A stretch of 64,000 nucleotides of DNA. Origin: Eledone cirrhosa (taxonomy: Eukaryota). Below, piece after piece: positions 27,028-40,867 of this stretch; position 1 is the first letter of the stretch; each line of letters starts with the position of its first letter. The notes beneath the pieces were generated by a model, which made no database searches, was not told the origin of the DNA, and was given only the letters and a program-made list of their open reading frames with translations. The position numbers and the translations under genes are program-made. Where the stretch lies: the NCBI GenBank assembly GCA_964016885.1, contig OZ024742.1:292516001-292580000 (forward strand), written 5' to 3'.

Positions 27028-27174
27028 TTAACCCTTTATTTACCAGCCCAGCCAAAATCAGCTCTAGTCTTATGAAATAAAACCACCCATTTTAAAGGTT
27101 TCCAATTTAAATTAAAATCTTCCATGGAATAGTTACTATATTTTCCTTGGAAGAAGAGATATTAATCTCAAAAT

Positions 27175-27445
27175 CATCATCATCATAATTGTTTTACGTC
27201 CGTTCTTCCACGCTAGCATGGGTTAGACGGGTTGTCCTATTGTGGGCAGTGTCCAGTCGGCTGACCTTGTCTTGCTCATACAGGAACTGATTCTGGCTTG
27301 ATTTCTACAGCTGGATGTCCTTCCTAAACCAACCTCATTTACAGTGAGTGCTGGGTGCTTTTTTTCCGTGGCGCCTACACATCCACTTTACAGTGTGGGC
27401 TGGGTGATTTTTTGCCATGGCACGTCCACGACCACTTTGCAGTGG
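27175..27445 (-). mobile_element. RTE-tailed SINE 3' part
   Basis: Near-identical to parts of 13441-13700 and to the reverse complement of 14285-14525. Confidence 0.85.
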
Positions 27446-27489
27446 GAGGGTGTGGGGGCATATTGTCTATATGCTTCAGCTTCAGCTGG

Positions 27490-28940
27490 TACCCGTGGGG
27501 GGTCACGTCTTCTGTATTACCGTGTGTCATCGCCTTTGAGAGGTGTAATTGGGTAAGGTCAGCCTTTATCACCTCATCCCAGGTCTTCTTGGATCTCCCC
27601 ACTCCGCGGTTTCCATTGACTTCTAGTGCTCTGCACCTTTTTATGCAGCTGTCATCCTTCATACGCATCACATGTCCATACCAACGTAACCGCCTCTCCT
27701 GCACACAGCATTTGATTCCTCTGATGCTCAGTCTCTCTCTCAATTCTTTTATACTTTGCCGTTCGCGTATATTACTATTACACATCCATCGGAGCTTGCA
27801 GGCTTTGTTTCTTTCTAATCTGTGCAAGTCTTCTACAGACAGCGCCCAGGTTTCACTTCCATGTAACATTGCTGTTCGTATACGTGCATCATACAGTCTG
27901 CCTTTCATTTTGAGGGAAAAGCCTTTTGCAGCTAGCAGTGGCAGTAGCTCCCTGAACTTCTTCCATCCCATTCTTACCCTAGTTATTATACTTTCCGAAC
28001 ACCCGCTGCTAATTTGGTCACCTAGGTAGCAGAAGCTGTCTACTGTTTCTACAGAGCCCTCCCAGAGTTTGGTGGTGCTTGTTTCCTGTGGTCATTTGCT
28101 GCTTGCTGTCCCAGCACAGCTGCTACATATGAAGCCTATATTCTTAGTTAAGCTTCCTGAGATCCTACTACATATCTTGTGTACCCATTGTTTGCATTTG
28201 GAGCAGAGGATGGAGTTCCTACCTACACCTTTCTTACATACTGAGCAAGGCCATTTCCCTGAGGGAATCAGGGTTCTGTTTGCTCGTCTACTTACAAGAA
28301 CGTTAGTCTTTGTCCGGTTGACTTTGAGACTATCTATCTAACTAGAATGCTCCCCTGATTTATAGGTGATCAGATGGTTGTCGGTTTTTTGAAGTTTGTG
28401 TTACATATCAACATGTCATTGGCGTTGCAGAATTCCAGAAGCCTGAAGCCTTCTTCATTTCTTGTGCCAAACCCATGGCCTCCATGGACTCTATAGAGGC
28501 CACCACGGTGAAGTCATTGTCGCTTGTTAGGGCAGTAGTGTGCATTAAGGACTCGTAAAATCTATCCTTAAGTTCGTCTGGCAACCCCGATTGGGGTGCA
28601 TAAGCTGATATTATTGTGGTAATTGTTTTATTCAGGACTAGTCTGAGTTTAATAATTCTTGCATTCACCCTGTTCACCCTACTCATTTGGCAGCTAATAG
28701 TATACCTACCTCTCCCATCCCATTGTCATTTCCCACCCAGAAAAATTTGTAGTATTGACTTTTGCCTACAAGGACTCTAGCAGACTCTCCTCTCCATCTA
28801 GTCTCTTGCACACAGCATACATCAATTTCCTTTTGCTCTAGCATCTCTACAATTTCTCCTGCTCTTCCTTTCATTGTGCTTACATTGATGGTTCCAACTC
28901 GGAGTTTTGGGCATTTGCCATCACTCGTACAATGGGGTGA
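27490..28940 (-). mobile_element. Internally deleted RTE LINE: AP endonuclease joined to the post-RT region, RT core missing
   Basis: VGTINV..MKGR..EIVEML...IDVCCVQETRW and ISAYAPQ (APE) at 28400-28900, then directly LKVNRTKT..., FCYLGD, GWKKFRELLPLL and RRLRWYGHVMRM. Confidence 0.85.
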
Positions 28941-29865
28941 ATTTTTGTTGGGGTGTGTGTATGCAACCTGTCTCTGGTTCAGGACATATGAATAAATTAA
29001 GGTAAAACAAAAACACTCCTTGTTTCTTACGATTTAATTATTAATTCATCTAATTCGCATTGTCATGGCTTTCAAACTTCGAATTCTTCCAATATAATTT
29101 TATATAAGAACCTTACAATAAGTTACAATCTTATATAAGTTACAATTTATATAAGTTACAATTTATATAAGAACCTTACAATAAGTTACAATCTTAGTAA
29201 TGAAATAATTAATAATTTTAGTAAATCCCTCAAAATTCTTCATTAATTGATTAAAATAGAGTGTATTTCATTAGAAATGTGGTCCTGAAAGGGTTAAGGG
29301 AAACATTTAAATAATAAAAAGGAAGAGCAATTAAAATGTGGAGGAGAAAAAAGTAAATTAAAAAATGGAAGTGGAGAAGGAAGAGTATAAACTCTATTCC
29401 CTTATCTGGGTAGTACATCTCAGTAGTGCGATGCAAGCAACATGGCGAAAAAATTGCTGCAGAAAACAGCCAGCAACACCCATTGTGTCAGCCATTTCTA
29501 CCTTACCGCTTCTGTATTAACTTGGTTCAATCACAGTTGCATGAAATCCCACCAGATAACAGGCAATAGACTGTCATCATTTTACTGTAGCTTATTGAAT
29601 ATATTTCCTTGTCAATTCATGTAATTTTAGAAATAGTAACATCATATTTTCAAATTTAACATGTTAATATTAAAAAATGATATATTATATTAAATTTTAT
29701 ATAAAATACTGTTTGCTACTCTTGTTTCATATTTATCTGCAGGATATTATTTTTCTGCTTCATTTTACCATCTTTCTGATCTCAACTAGCTTAGTAATAT
29801 CTGTATGAGACTAAAATTTATTTTTCAGCCTAACAGAATAGTGTTTGACTTTATATATGTGGAGT

Positions 29866-30028
29866 TTCTACTTTCAGCACAAGGCCAGCGATTACTCCAG
29901 TGCATTACTGGTACTTTATTTTATCGACCCCGTAAGGATGAAAGGTAAAGTTAACCTCGGTGGATTTGAACTCAGAATGCAAAGGGCCATAACTATGCTG
30001 CAAAGCATGGTGTCTGACACTCTACCAA
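29866..30028 (-). mobile_element. Meta-core tRNA SINE copy
   Basis: Reverse complement of the SINE consensus. Confidence 0.85.
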
Positions 30029-30320
30029 TATATATGTGTGTGTGTGTGAGAGAGAGAGAAAGAGAGAGGGAGTTCTGGGTTCAATCAGAGGTAACCACAG
30101 TAAGTAAGGTAGTTAACATATTAGTAGAGTGTATATAACAAATTTAATATAGAAATGGCTTCTACAGGACTAGAACTGTTTCATTCAAGGGAAATCAAAG
30201 GGAAGTCAATTCCAAGGCCCTGGGTTTTAACCCTACACTTGTCCCTGTAAATAGTCATTTCTCCAAAGATACACATATATTTAATCCTGTATGTCATTTG
30301 CACATATATACTGAACAATA

Positions 30321-30427
<107 letters not shown>

Positions 30428-30493
30428 GTATATATATATGTATGTATGTGTGTGCGTGTGTATGTGTGTGTAATCTGAGTTTTTCGAATATTA

Positions 30494-30680
30494 ATAATTG
30501 TTTCCACTTTTGGCACAAGGCCAGCAATTTCCCAGTACATTACTGGTACTTTATTTTACTGGTACATAAGGATGAAAGGCAAAGTTAACCTCGGCGGAAT
30601 TTGAACTCAGAATGGAAAGGGCCGTAACTCTATGCGTCAAAGCATGGCATCCGCTCCTCTACTGATACTGCCAATCCACC
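30494..30680 (-). mobile_element. Meta-core tRNA SINE copy
   Basis: Reverse complement of the consensus; imperfect TSD cgaatatt.ataat. Confidence 0.88.
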
Positions 30681-30749
30681 GAATATTTATAATAATATTC
30701 GATTTGTTTGCAATTATGCAAACAGCCTCTTTAAGCCATGTCAGTAGGT

Positions 30750-30782
<33 letters not shown>

Positions 30783-30784
<2 letters not shown>

Positions 30785-31170
30785 ACCACACCACAAGGAG
30801 TTATTGGATCTTTATCCTATTTTAGCCTATATATATGACAAGCCAAAACACCACACCCAACAACTCACATCAACCATCGCTCCCCACCACTACCTCATCA
30901 CTTGGCTCACCCCCCCACCTATCACACATGCCAAAACATTCCTCATAGTTAAGCCTCCAATCAAAACAACATAAACTGACCACCATATGAACGCGAAACG
31001 TTAGACATTTCTCTGCTCTATATGTTCATTCTGTCATTACAACAGCAGATGTCCGACGAGTTTTTGATTCCAGAGTCAGGCCAGATCGATACAGATCAAA
31101 CCTTGAGCTGATCAATAGCGAAACGCACGTCACCAATCAATAAACGTAATGAATGCTTAACAAATCATCC
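30783..31170 (+). mobile_element. Penelope-like pLTR remnant with two degenerate hammerhead cores
   Basis: ctgacca..gcgaaacgttag (~30975-31003) and ccgacga..gcgaaacgcacgtc (~31054-31131), then aataaa; starts at an (AT)n tract. Confidence 0.5.
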
Positions 31171-31200
31171 TTTTATTATTATATTATTATGGTTGATTCA

Positions 31201-31380
31201 GTGGATTGGCAGTATCGGTGGAGGGGCGGACGTCATGCTTTGACGCATAGTTTTACGGCCCTTTCCATTCTGAGTTCAAATCCCGCTGAAGTTAACTTTG
31301 CCTTACGGGGTCGATAAAATAAAGTACCAGTAATGCACTGGGTGATTGCTGGCCTTGTACCAAAAGTAAAAACAATTATT
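31201..31380 (+). mobile_element. Meta-core tRNA SINE copy with a small core deletion
   Basis: A and B boxes and 3' end match the consensus. Confidence 0.88.
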
Positions 31381-31389
31381 GTATATATA

Positions 31390-33210
31390 TATGATGCCGG
31401 TGTACTTAGTGTCACGAATGATCAGAAAAAGGAGGCCTGGAAATGTCATTATGAGAGACTGATGAATGTGGAGAACGAATGGGAGAGAGAGAAATTACCC
31501 TTAGTAGATCCGACAGAGGGACCAGCTATTGAGATTGATGAATATAGGGTCCAAGAGGCGATTAGGGAAATGAAAAATGGTAAGGCTGCTGGACCATCAA
31601 GATTAGTTGCTGAGATGCTGAAGGCATCAGGGGACGTAGGCACTAAACTGGTTGCACGCATCATCAATCAGGCTATATATGGTGGTGTCATATCCAAAGA
31701 CTGGTGCAGCAGTATTCTCATAAATTGCTGCAAAGGTAAAGGGGATGCTCTGGAGAGGAGCAATTATAGGGGTATAAAACTGATAGATTAGGTTATGAAA
31801 GTGGCAGAAAGGATATTAGCACAACTAATTAGAGATGAGATGCAGTTTGGTTTTGTGCCTGGGAAGAGTACAACAGATGCCCTCTTCTTGGTGAGACAAT
31901 TGCAAGAGAGGTTCTTAGAGAAAAATAAGCCACTATACTTAGCCTTTGTTGACCTAGAGAAGGCCTTTGATAGGGTACCCCGATCTGTCATCTGGTGGTC
32001 CCTAAGGAAGCTAGGTGTTGAGGAATGGCTTGTGAGGACAGTGCAAACTTTGTACAGAGGTACTCTCAGTAAAGTCAGGGTAGGAATGGAGTTTAGTGAG
32101 GAATTCCAGATACAAGTAGGAGTACATCAGGGTTCGGTCCTCATCCCGCCCTTGTTCATTATAGTCCTCCAAGCCATAACAGAGGAGTTTAAGACTGGCT
32201 GTCCATGGGAACTTCTCTATGTTGACGATCTGGTTCTTATAGCAGAATCAGTAGCGGAGCTAGAGAATAAATTCTGGCTATGGAAACAGCAGTTGGGAGC
32301 AAGAGGACTGAGAGTGAACCTAGCTAAGACAAAAGTGTTGATGAGTAGAAAAGAGGACAAAACCCTGATTCCGTCAGGGAAATGGCCATGTTCGATATGC
32401 AGAAAAGGAACTGGCATAAATTCTATAAAATGCACACAATGCAGATCCTGTGTACACAAGAGATGTGCGGGATAGCAGGCAAACTAACAGGTAGGGAGAA
32501 ATATGTATGCAGTAGATGTACAGGGAAATTAGACAGTAGAAGTCGCATTGATAGATACATTTTTCAAATGCAGGAGGGCGCTATAGAAGTAGTGGATAGC
32601 TTCCGGTACCTAGGAGATCAGATTAGCATGGGAGGAGGGTGTTCCGAGGCCATAGTATCTAGAATAAGGACGGGTTGGAAGAAGTTTAGGGAGCTGCTTC
32701 CTCTGTTGACGAAGAAAGGTTTCTCCCTGCGTACGAAAGGCCGGTTGTATGATGCCTGTGTGAGGAGCGTGATGCTGCATGGTAGTGAGACATGGGCAGC
32801 AACTGCAGAGAATATGCGATGGCTGGAGAGAAATGAGGCAAGCATGCTCCGTTGGATGTGCAGTGTCAATGTGCGTGAACGACCCAGCATAAATGTGTTG
32901 AGAGAGAAACTGTGTCTGAGAGGGATAGAATGTAGTGTACGGGAGAGGAGACTGAGGTGGTATGGACATGTGATGCGCATGGAGGATGACCGATGGGTGA
33001 AGAAGTGCGAGGAAATGCCAGTTGAAGGAAGACGTGGTAGAGGTAGACCACGAAAAACATGGGCGGAGGTGGTGAGAACAGACCTCAGATCATTGAAGCT
33101 CACGGTGGAGATGACGAAGGACCGTGACGAGTGGAGAAATGCTGTGCTGAATAAGACCCGTCCCACCCTTGCAAGCCGGGAAAAGCAGATGTAAAATGAT
33201 GATGATGATG
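31390..33210 (+). mobile_element. 5'-truncated RTE-clade LINE (RT pseudogene)
   Basis: NYRGIKL, QFGFVPG.STTDA, FVDLEKAFDRVPR, GVHQGSVL, LLYVDDLVL, FRYLGD; stop at 31789 and frameshift near 32465; (GAT)n tail. Confidence 0.95.
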
Positions 33211-34696
33211 AGGATGATTATTATTATTATTACTATCACTATCATTATTATTGTATATCACTATAAAATTGTACATATATTTATGTATATTACTTATTAT
33301 TATTGTATATAAATTGCTATATAATTGTAAATATATTTCTGTAAATTTACTGATAATTTCCACTAATATATGAGATTTCCATTAGATGAAGTCAATATCC
33401 TCAAGGATGTTTTGTGGAACAGATTTGGGTTTGAAAAGATACCCTAAACAAAAGATCAATAAAAATCATCTAATTCTGAAGTCCATGTCATTATGACATT
33501 GAAGAAAAACTTAATCAGATTTAGTTCTTTATATATTTTATCCATTCCTTAAAGTAAGAAAGATGTAATCTTGCTGAAACAAACCTACACCAGATCGAAA
33601 TAAAAAAAAAAATAAAGTGATCTCTAAAAAATACATAATTTTTGGTTGTTTCATGAAAAAAAGTTTGATTTTCTTTTTACTGAATTTGAAAGCATTAAAC
33701 ACTTTAATGACTTTCCAGAATATAGATTCACATTGTACAATCAGTAAAAATTACTTCTCAAGAGCCTTTGTTCAAAACGAAAAGTCAAGTTTATTTTGGG
33801 GGCAAAGATAATAACTTTTTCCTGTGTTTTTTTTATATATAAATTCTTCATTGTTGTATATTAGTATGAGATAATAAAATCATAATTGGATTTTATTTAG
33901 GAGAAAAGTAATAGCTACTAGGTAAGGAATGATGTGACATTTAAAGAAGCATAGGTTATTATTGTTCAGTGAAGGTTACACACAGTTCTGTTGAAGAAAA
34001 AAGGAAATATAGAAGAAGAAACATACCACAACACAAGAAGGAAATGATTTAGAAAGAATGAAGAGACAGCAAGTAAATACCTGCAGGATATTATCTCTTA
34101 CAGAAAATAAAAAAGTAAGAATCTTTTCAACTAATGGCCTTATTGTATACTTTAGTACTTTTCTCCAATGAATTTTATATAAAATCTTCTCACAAGAATT
34201 TATACACACACTCAAAAAACATCAAAACACTTCAAATAAAATACTTATTGTATATCCTCCTTTATAAGCCAATCCAAATAGAAGCTGACATAGCCTCCAC
34301 CTCAACACTACCCGCCATTTTATGTCTGACAAATGGGTAAAATACAACCCCATGTATAATAAGCCAAGGCAACTAATCAACACTTGTTTAGATGGTGCAA
34401 CTTTGTAAATTCCTAACAGAGGAGAATAGTTATATGAAGTCTTAATGTGTAGATATCTGAAATGGTTTTATGTGTCATTTTAAGACCAGTTTTAGTTTCA
34501 CAATTCCATTATATGTTTTTTACTCTTTCATCCAATTTATTAAGTTTTAACAAATTTCTCAAATTTTTTCTTACTTCTTTTTAGCTGACAACAAAAGCAC
34601 AATTTTCCAAATTTAACATACACATTAAATGAAATGTATGCCTTAAAAACCTTACATTATTCATGTGTAGTGTGTATATATAGATGTATATATATA

Positions 34697-35170
34697 TTCT
34701 TCTTCTTCTTCACCTACTTATTCCTGAAATCGTTGTGGGAGCAGAGTCCTCAAACACTCCTTCCAGTGGATCCTGTCAAGAGCAACCATCTCCAGCTGAT
34801 CCAGCTGGATCCCCAAGCAAGACCAGCCAGACCAGCCAAGCTCATGGATATTATCCAACCATCTTACTCAGGTTCTACCCCAGGGTCTCCTGCCAGTTAG
34901 TTTTGCCTGTAAAATCTGACTAATGATTCTTTCCTGGGACATTCTAACCACATGCCCATAGTATTGGAGCTGTGATCTCTCAATTCAGAGAAATAGCAGC
35001 TCTACCTAGAGTGACTCTCTGGTCTCCGAGCTATGCAGGCTATTGAGTAACACTCTATCGAGTAACACGCTATCGAGCAATGTTTCTCAAAAGACCCTTT
35101 GGAGGAATCGCATTTCAACCAGTTGTATTCGTGATCATATTCTTTTGGTCATTACCCACATTTATGACCA
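34697..35170 (-). mobile_element. RTE-clade LINE 3' fragment (second family)
   Basis: Homologous to 10962-11220 and 11700-12110; (TTC)n tail. Confidence 0.75.
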
Positions 35171-35280
35171 TAGTTGTGTATGTTTCAACAGTGTAGGAAA
35201 TTGGAGTTTTCCTTTTAAATGATAAAGCTCAGTATGACCTACAATTTATCAGTGATCTTGATGTACCAGTAATTACTTAA

Positions 35281-35502
35281 CCCTTTAGCATTTAAACCAG
35301 TCATATCTAGCCAGAATTTTCTCACCTCTTTCTGTTCAAACTGGCTGTAACCAGCTGCTCATACTAATGTTAAGGTATTGTTCTCAAAATAAATAATATC
35401 AAAATCTTGTAGATTCGATATTATGTGAGATAATTATGTGAAATAAAGCCTTTACCATGAAAATACAATAGTAAATATAGAGTAATGTAAAATATTAAAG
35501 GG
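35281..35502. mobile_element. piggyBac-type MITE
   Basis: TTAA-ccctttagcattta...taaaggg-TTAA; homologous to 62507-62727. Confidence 0.88.
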
Positions 35503-36245
35503 TTAAGACAATGAACAGTATCAAATGTAGTAAAACTGTTTTAATCCTGATATTTTGAGTTGCAAGGGCTCATTAATTGTTTCAAAGACATGATAGCTTC
35601 TCTGATACTGATTCCATGATAAAATGCACCCAGTACATTCTATAGGGTGTAGGAACGTATACAAGTAAGATGTGGTCAGTAGCTCCAAATAAATACCAAT
35701 TTCGTCCATGTTGATCCATCCAACTGTTGCTAGCTGGGAAGATGAACATTAAATGTTGATGATGATGTGGGGTATTGTATATGGTATATGTAATATGGAA
35801 GTAATCAACTGAAGCTGTTTTATATATATTGTCCATTTGAATTGATACATCATGGCTTAAATGTCTGTTTATTGATCTGGATATATTGAATAATCAGTGG
35901 CACAAGAGAGGGTGAGAGGATAGAGGAGGTAAAGAGGGTTTAGCTGGGAGAGAGGAGCGAAAAGAAGGAGATAAGGAAGAGAGGGGGAGAGAAGGGAGAA
36001 GGAAAGCTGTCAAAATAGCTTTTATACTTTAACCTATATAAATCTGCAATTTCATCCTTTCTTTGCTATTGTCTTCTATTATTGATTGAGCCAGAGAAAA
36101 TTGGTAATGGAGGAACACACACACACATGTTTATATATGCACATACATAAATATGCACACATACACATATACATGCATACACACATTTAGGCTGTCTGGC
36201 TGGCCACTGTTTGGAGAAACACACACACATACATACATACATACA

Positions 36246-36278
<33 letters not shown>

Positions 36279-36822
36279 GCATGCATATATACATACAGGC
36301 TGGCTGGCCACTGTTTGAAGAAACATACATACAGTACTAGAACGAACATGACTAGTTAGGAAGTTACAAGTACAATCCATTAATGGAACTGTAAAAATAT
36401 GTAAAACATTCAAAAAATTCTGCATCTAAAAACTACATATACATATGTGCAGATACAAAGCATATGCATATGCACACATATAACTCGAAACATACACATC
36501 AACACATACAATAACATCCATACCTGCACACACATGCATGTGTACACATATAACTCAAAACATACAGATCTACACATACAATAACATCCATACCTGCATG
36601 CACACTGACGCACACACACATGCGCACACACACACACACACACACACATACACACACAAATGCTTGCATGCAGGCATACACACATATTTACTTAGTTCAT
36701 GTTGTCTAAATTCCAATGAAAGAGTCTTGTGTCTATGTTAGAAATTGTCTCTCTCTCTCTCTATTGGCAGAAATTTATAAAATAATGAAACCAGAAGAAT
36801 ATACATACAGATAGACAGATAA

Positions 36823-36881
<59 letters not shown>

Positions 36882-36917
36882 ATTAATAAATGGAAACTAT
36901 ATTTATAAAACCATATC

Positions 36918-36982
36918 TATTTCATTATATATATTTCAAGGATACCAAGTTAAATCATGGTATGCCTTCATCAGACAAAATA
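36918..36982 (-). ncRNA. Type I minimal hammerhead ribozyme (left pLTR arm)
   Basis: Minus strand: UAUUUUGU-CUGAUGA-stem II-GAAA-UAUAUA-UA-AUGAAAUA. Confidence 0.8.
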
Positions 36983-38586
36983 CAATATATAACAGTTTTA
37001 TAAATAGATATTGACGTACCCTTTCAAAAAGGTGACCGTTGTTTTTGGAGGCCATCCGGATAGTGGTTTGTTTACTTTAGTAAGTCATAGTGTAAAGAGT
37101 AAGTAAAAAGATGGAGAGAGACAGAGAGAAATGTGGAGAAAAGAAAGGGAAAGATAGATAAAGAAAAAGAAGAAAGCAAAAAGAAAAGAGAACAGAGGAA
37201 AAATAACGGGGAGATATCAAAACATCAGACAGAGAAAGAACTCAAGAGAGAGATATGCAGAGATAGAGAGAGGGGGGAGAGAACGAAAACCTTAAGTTAT
37301 GTTATATTAAGTTGAGTTAACAATTGAGATGAAATGAATAAATAAAATTAGAAATATTAATATTCGTGAATGGAATATAGATATATAATATGAGAAATTA
37401 CACATTGTTTAATTATGATTATATATTTAATTTAAAAATTGAGATCAATATATTAAAAATATTAAAAATTGGAATTTAAACATTATAAAATATATATATT
37501 GCTAGAGAGATTATCTATCGTATATCACATATACAAAGGCAAAGGTACATAAATATATATACATACTCATTCACTCAGAAAATATACACTATATCTACTC
37601 CCGCACATAATGTATACATACAAAGCATAAGTGATTTTTTATTTATTGCTATACACTCCTTGTGTTATTAATTAAAAAATTTTTTAGTATATATATATAA
37701 ATATATAGGATTAACTTTTCTGCATTTATGGCTGTTAAATTATGCATATCTGCAATCAAAAGCTGCATGTGTAAGCCTGTACATTCACACCCATAATTCT
37801 TAGCTATACATGAATAGATATGTGTGTGCATCTTCAATTGGTATACACGCGTCACTCATGTATATATACAGACAGACATATAATCACAAAAAAAAACATA
37901 ACACATGCATATGTATGTCAACACGTACATATATATACATAAGCCGTATATAGACATAAGTATACATCAACATATAACAGTACAATTGAGTATATAAAAT
38001 ACAAAAGGATTATATTTTGGAAATATAATTATATCAATATAACTTAAAAGGCAAACGAATTCTACAAACATCAAAATACTAAAATATTCCAAAATATTAT
38101 AGAATATTTCAAGTTAAAATAATATATTTAATATATTTAGCATAGAAATTTATCCTACGTATATTTTAATCAAGACATTGAGAGGACAAACTTTTGAAAA
38201 TTATGAGAAGCTATCAGAATAAAAAAATAAATCTAATAACAATTATGAGAAGCTATCAGAATAAAAACAAATCTAATAAAAAAACAAATCTAATAAAAAA
38301 TAAAAAATAAAATGAATCTAATAAAAAAATGAATCTAATAAAAATATATAAATAAAATGAATCTTAGCTAAAATAATATGTTTAGTATAGAAATTTATCT
38401 TACGTATATTTTATTCCAGATATTGAAAGGATAAACTTTTCTAGAATAGTTTATTATATTACTATAATTATATTTATGAAGAAAATTTATACTTGGGTAC
38501 TTAACCAAAGAAAATGAAAAAGGTGAAGGAATCTAATGATTTATCGACAGGTTTCTTATATTAACTAAATTATTTAATTAATTAAA

Positions 38587-38730
38587 CTACATTTTAAATT
38601 TATATTTATATTTAAACGTTGAGTTCAATCTATGTCTGCAGCAACTGAATAAATTATTCCTTAAATTAAGGGAATTTTTGGTCTTTAATATAAAAAATAT
38701 TTCCTCTATACAAAGATCACATAACTTACA
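38587..38730 (-). pseudogene. C-terminus of the Penelope-like GIY-YIG endonuclease
   Basis: Manual minus-strand translation CKLCDLCIEEIFFILKTKNSLNLRNNLFSCCRHRLNSTFKYKYKFKM*, matching the CxLC..E...LN.R......CRH ending; absent from the ORF track. Confidence 0.8.
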
Positions 38731-38735
38731 CATTT

Positions 38736-39821
38736 AAACATACAGACCTAACTAGCAATGAAATGCACATTATATTATCGGCACGGAAAACATTAATAGA
38801 ATTTAATAACCAACTCTGGACTAAGGCAGATAGAAATAATGATTTCGACATAACTATGGGATCTTCAGATCAGTTCAGGTAACGGACCTTGTGGGCCTTT
38901 TTATAATTAATTCTCTACATAGAAAAATACCAGGGGTAACTGGAGGCTTATATCGTGACGACATGCTTTTACTTATAGAAAATAATAGCTGTGAACTAAA
39001 TAGAAAAAGAAAACAAATTATACAATTTTTTAATTACCTTAATCTAAAAGTAGAAATAGAGAATAACCATAAAATAGTCAATTTTCTAGATGTAACACTA
39101 AATCTAAACACATGTCTTCATTATCGATTTCACAAACTAAATCAGAACTTAAATTATGTCAATTTTAACTCTAATCACCCCCAGATCCGTTAAAAATACT
39201 ATAGTGAACTCGGTTCAAGAACGAATTTCAAGAATTTCATCTAATAAGAATATATTTGATGAAAAGGCGCATTATTACAACGAAGCGTTAGGTAGAGCTG
39301 GGTATAGAAATAAAATTAAATACATCGATAATAATAATAATATACAAAATAACCAAAATAATAACAACTTTAATTATGGTAACAATTTTAACAACTATAA
39401 TAGAAAATATTACAATAATTCCAAAAGCCGAAAAAGAAATAGAACTAGGAATATATTATGGTTCGCTCCTCCTTTCTCACTTAATATTAAAACCCCTATT
39501 GCTAAACTATTCTTTAAAGCTCTTGACAAACGATTCCCTAGAACACATAAATATTACTCAATTTTTAATAGACATACTATAAAATTAACTTACTCTTCCA
39601 CCAAAAATTTAGCGCAAAATATTAATAGAATTAATAATAGAAATTTAAAACCTAACCAAAATACCAATAATAACCCAAGCAATATTCAATCGAATAACTG
39701 TAACTGTAGAAATAAATCAAACTGTCCGTTAAATAACAACTGCTTAGCTAAAAATGTAGTTTATAATTGTAATGTTAAAACTAATTTAAATTCATTTAAC
39801 TATGTCGGTTCTACCAATTGA
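38736..39821 (+). pseudogene. Penelope-like RT (motifs 4-7, thumb), Cys-rich linker and start of GIY-YIG
   Basis: IILSARKTL..FDITMGSSD, GLYRDDML, VNFLDVTLNL, SNHP, WFAPPFS, CNCRNKSNCPL...C, VVY...YVGST; frameshifts near 38875 and 39180. Confidence 0.9.
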
Positions 39822-40674
39822 AGATGCACACACATATCTATTCATGTATAGCTAAGAATTATGGGTGTGAATGTACAGGCTTACACATGCAGCTTTTGAT
39901 TGCAGATATGCATAATTTAACAGCCATAAATGCAGAAAAGTTAATCCTATATATTTATATATATATACTAAAAAATTTTTTAATTAATAACACAAGGAGT
40001 GTATAGCAATAAATAAAAAATCACTTATGCTTTGTATGTATACATTATGTGCGGGAGTAGATATAGTGTATATTTTCTGAGTGAATGAGTATGTATATAT
40101 ATTTATGTACCTTTGCCTATGTATATGTGATATACGATAGATAATCTCTCTAGCAATATATATATTTTATAATGTTTAAATTCCAATTTTTAATATTTTT
40201 AATATATTGATCTCAATTTTTAAACTAAATATATAATCGTAATTAAACAATGTGTAATTTCTCATATTATATATCTATATTCCATTCACGAATATTAATA
40301 TTTCTAATTTTATTTATTCATTTCATCTCAATTGTTAACTCAACTTAATATAACATAACTTAAGGTTTTCGTTCTCTCCCCTCTCTCTCTCTATCTCTGC
40401 ATATCTCTCTCTTGAGTTCTTTCTCTGTCTGATGTTTTGATATCTCCCCGTTATTTTTCCTCTGTTCTCTTTTCTTTTTGCTTTCTTCTTTTTCTTTATC
40501 TATCTTTCCCTTTCTTTTCTCCACGTTTCTCTCTGTCTCTCTCCATCTTTTTACTTACTCTTTACACTATGACTTACTAAAGTAAACAAACCACTATCCG
40601 GATGGCCTCCAAAAACAACGGTCACCTTTTTGAAAGGGTACGTCAATATCTATTTATAAAACTGTTATATATTG

Positions 40675-40739
40675 TATTTTGTCTGATGAAGGCATACCAT
40701 AATTTAATGTGGTATCCCTGAAATATGTATAATGAAATA
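40675..40739 (+). ncRNA. Type I minimal hammerhead ribozyme (right pLTR arm)
   Basis: Stem I UAUUUUGU/AUGAAAUA; CUGAUGA 40683-40689; stem II AUACCAU/GUGGUAU; GAAA 40720-40723; UAUGUA then UA. Confidence 0.8.
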
Positions 40740-40867
40740 AATATGGTTTTATAAATATAGTTTCCATTTATTAATATCGTATATCTACTCCAAAAATTTG
40801 TCGAGTGCTTTATATCAGTTATAAAAATATTTACTTGTTGTATCCCAACAACTTTAAATAGAATTTT

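Noticed and set aside
38480-39821. Selenocysteine recoding or SECIS in the Naiad-type element
   Set aside because: Visible conserved cysteines use TGT/TGC; the TGA at 39819 lies at the deletion junction; no SECIS-like AUGA/GA stem seen after the stop.
37649-40006. Duplicated small ORFs (..MHTHIYSCIAKNYG..) on opposite strands
   Set aside because: By-product of the inverted pLTR arms; no coding evidence.
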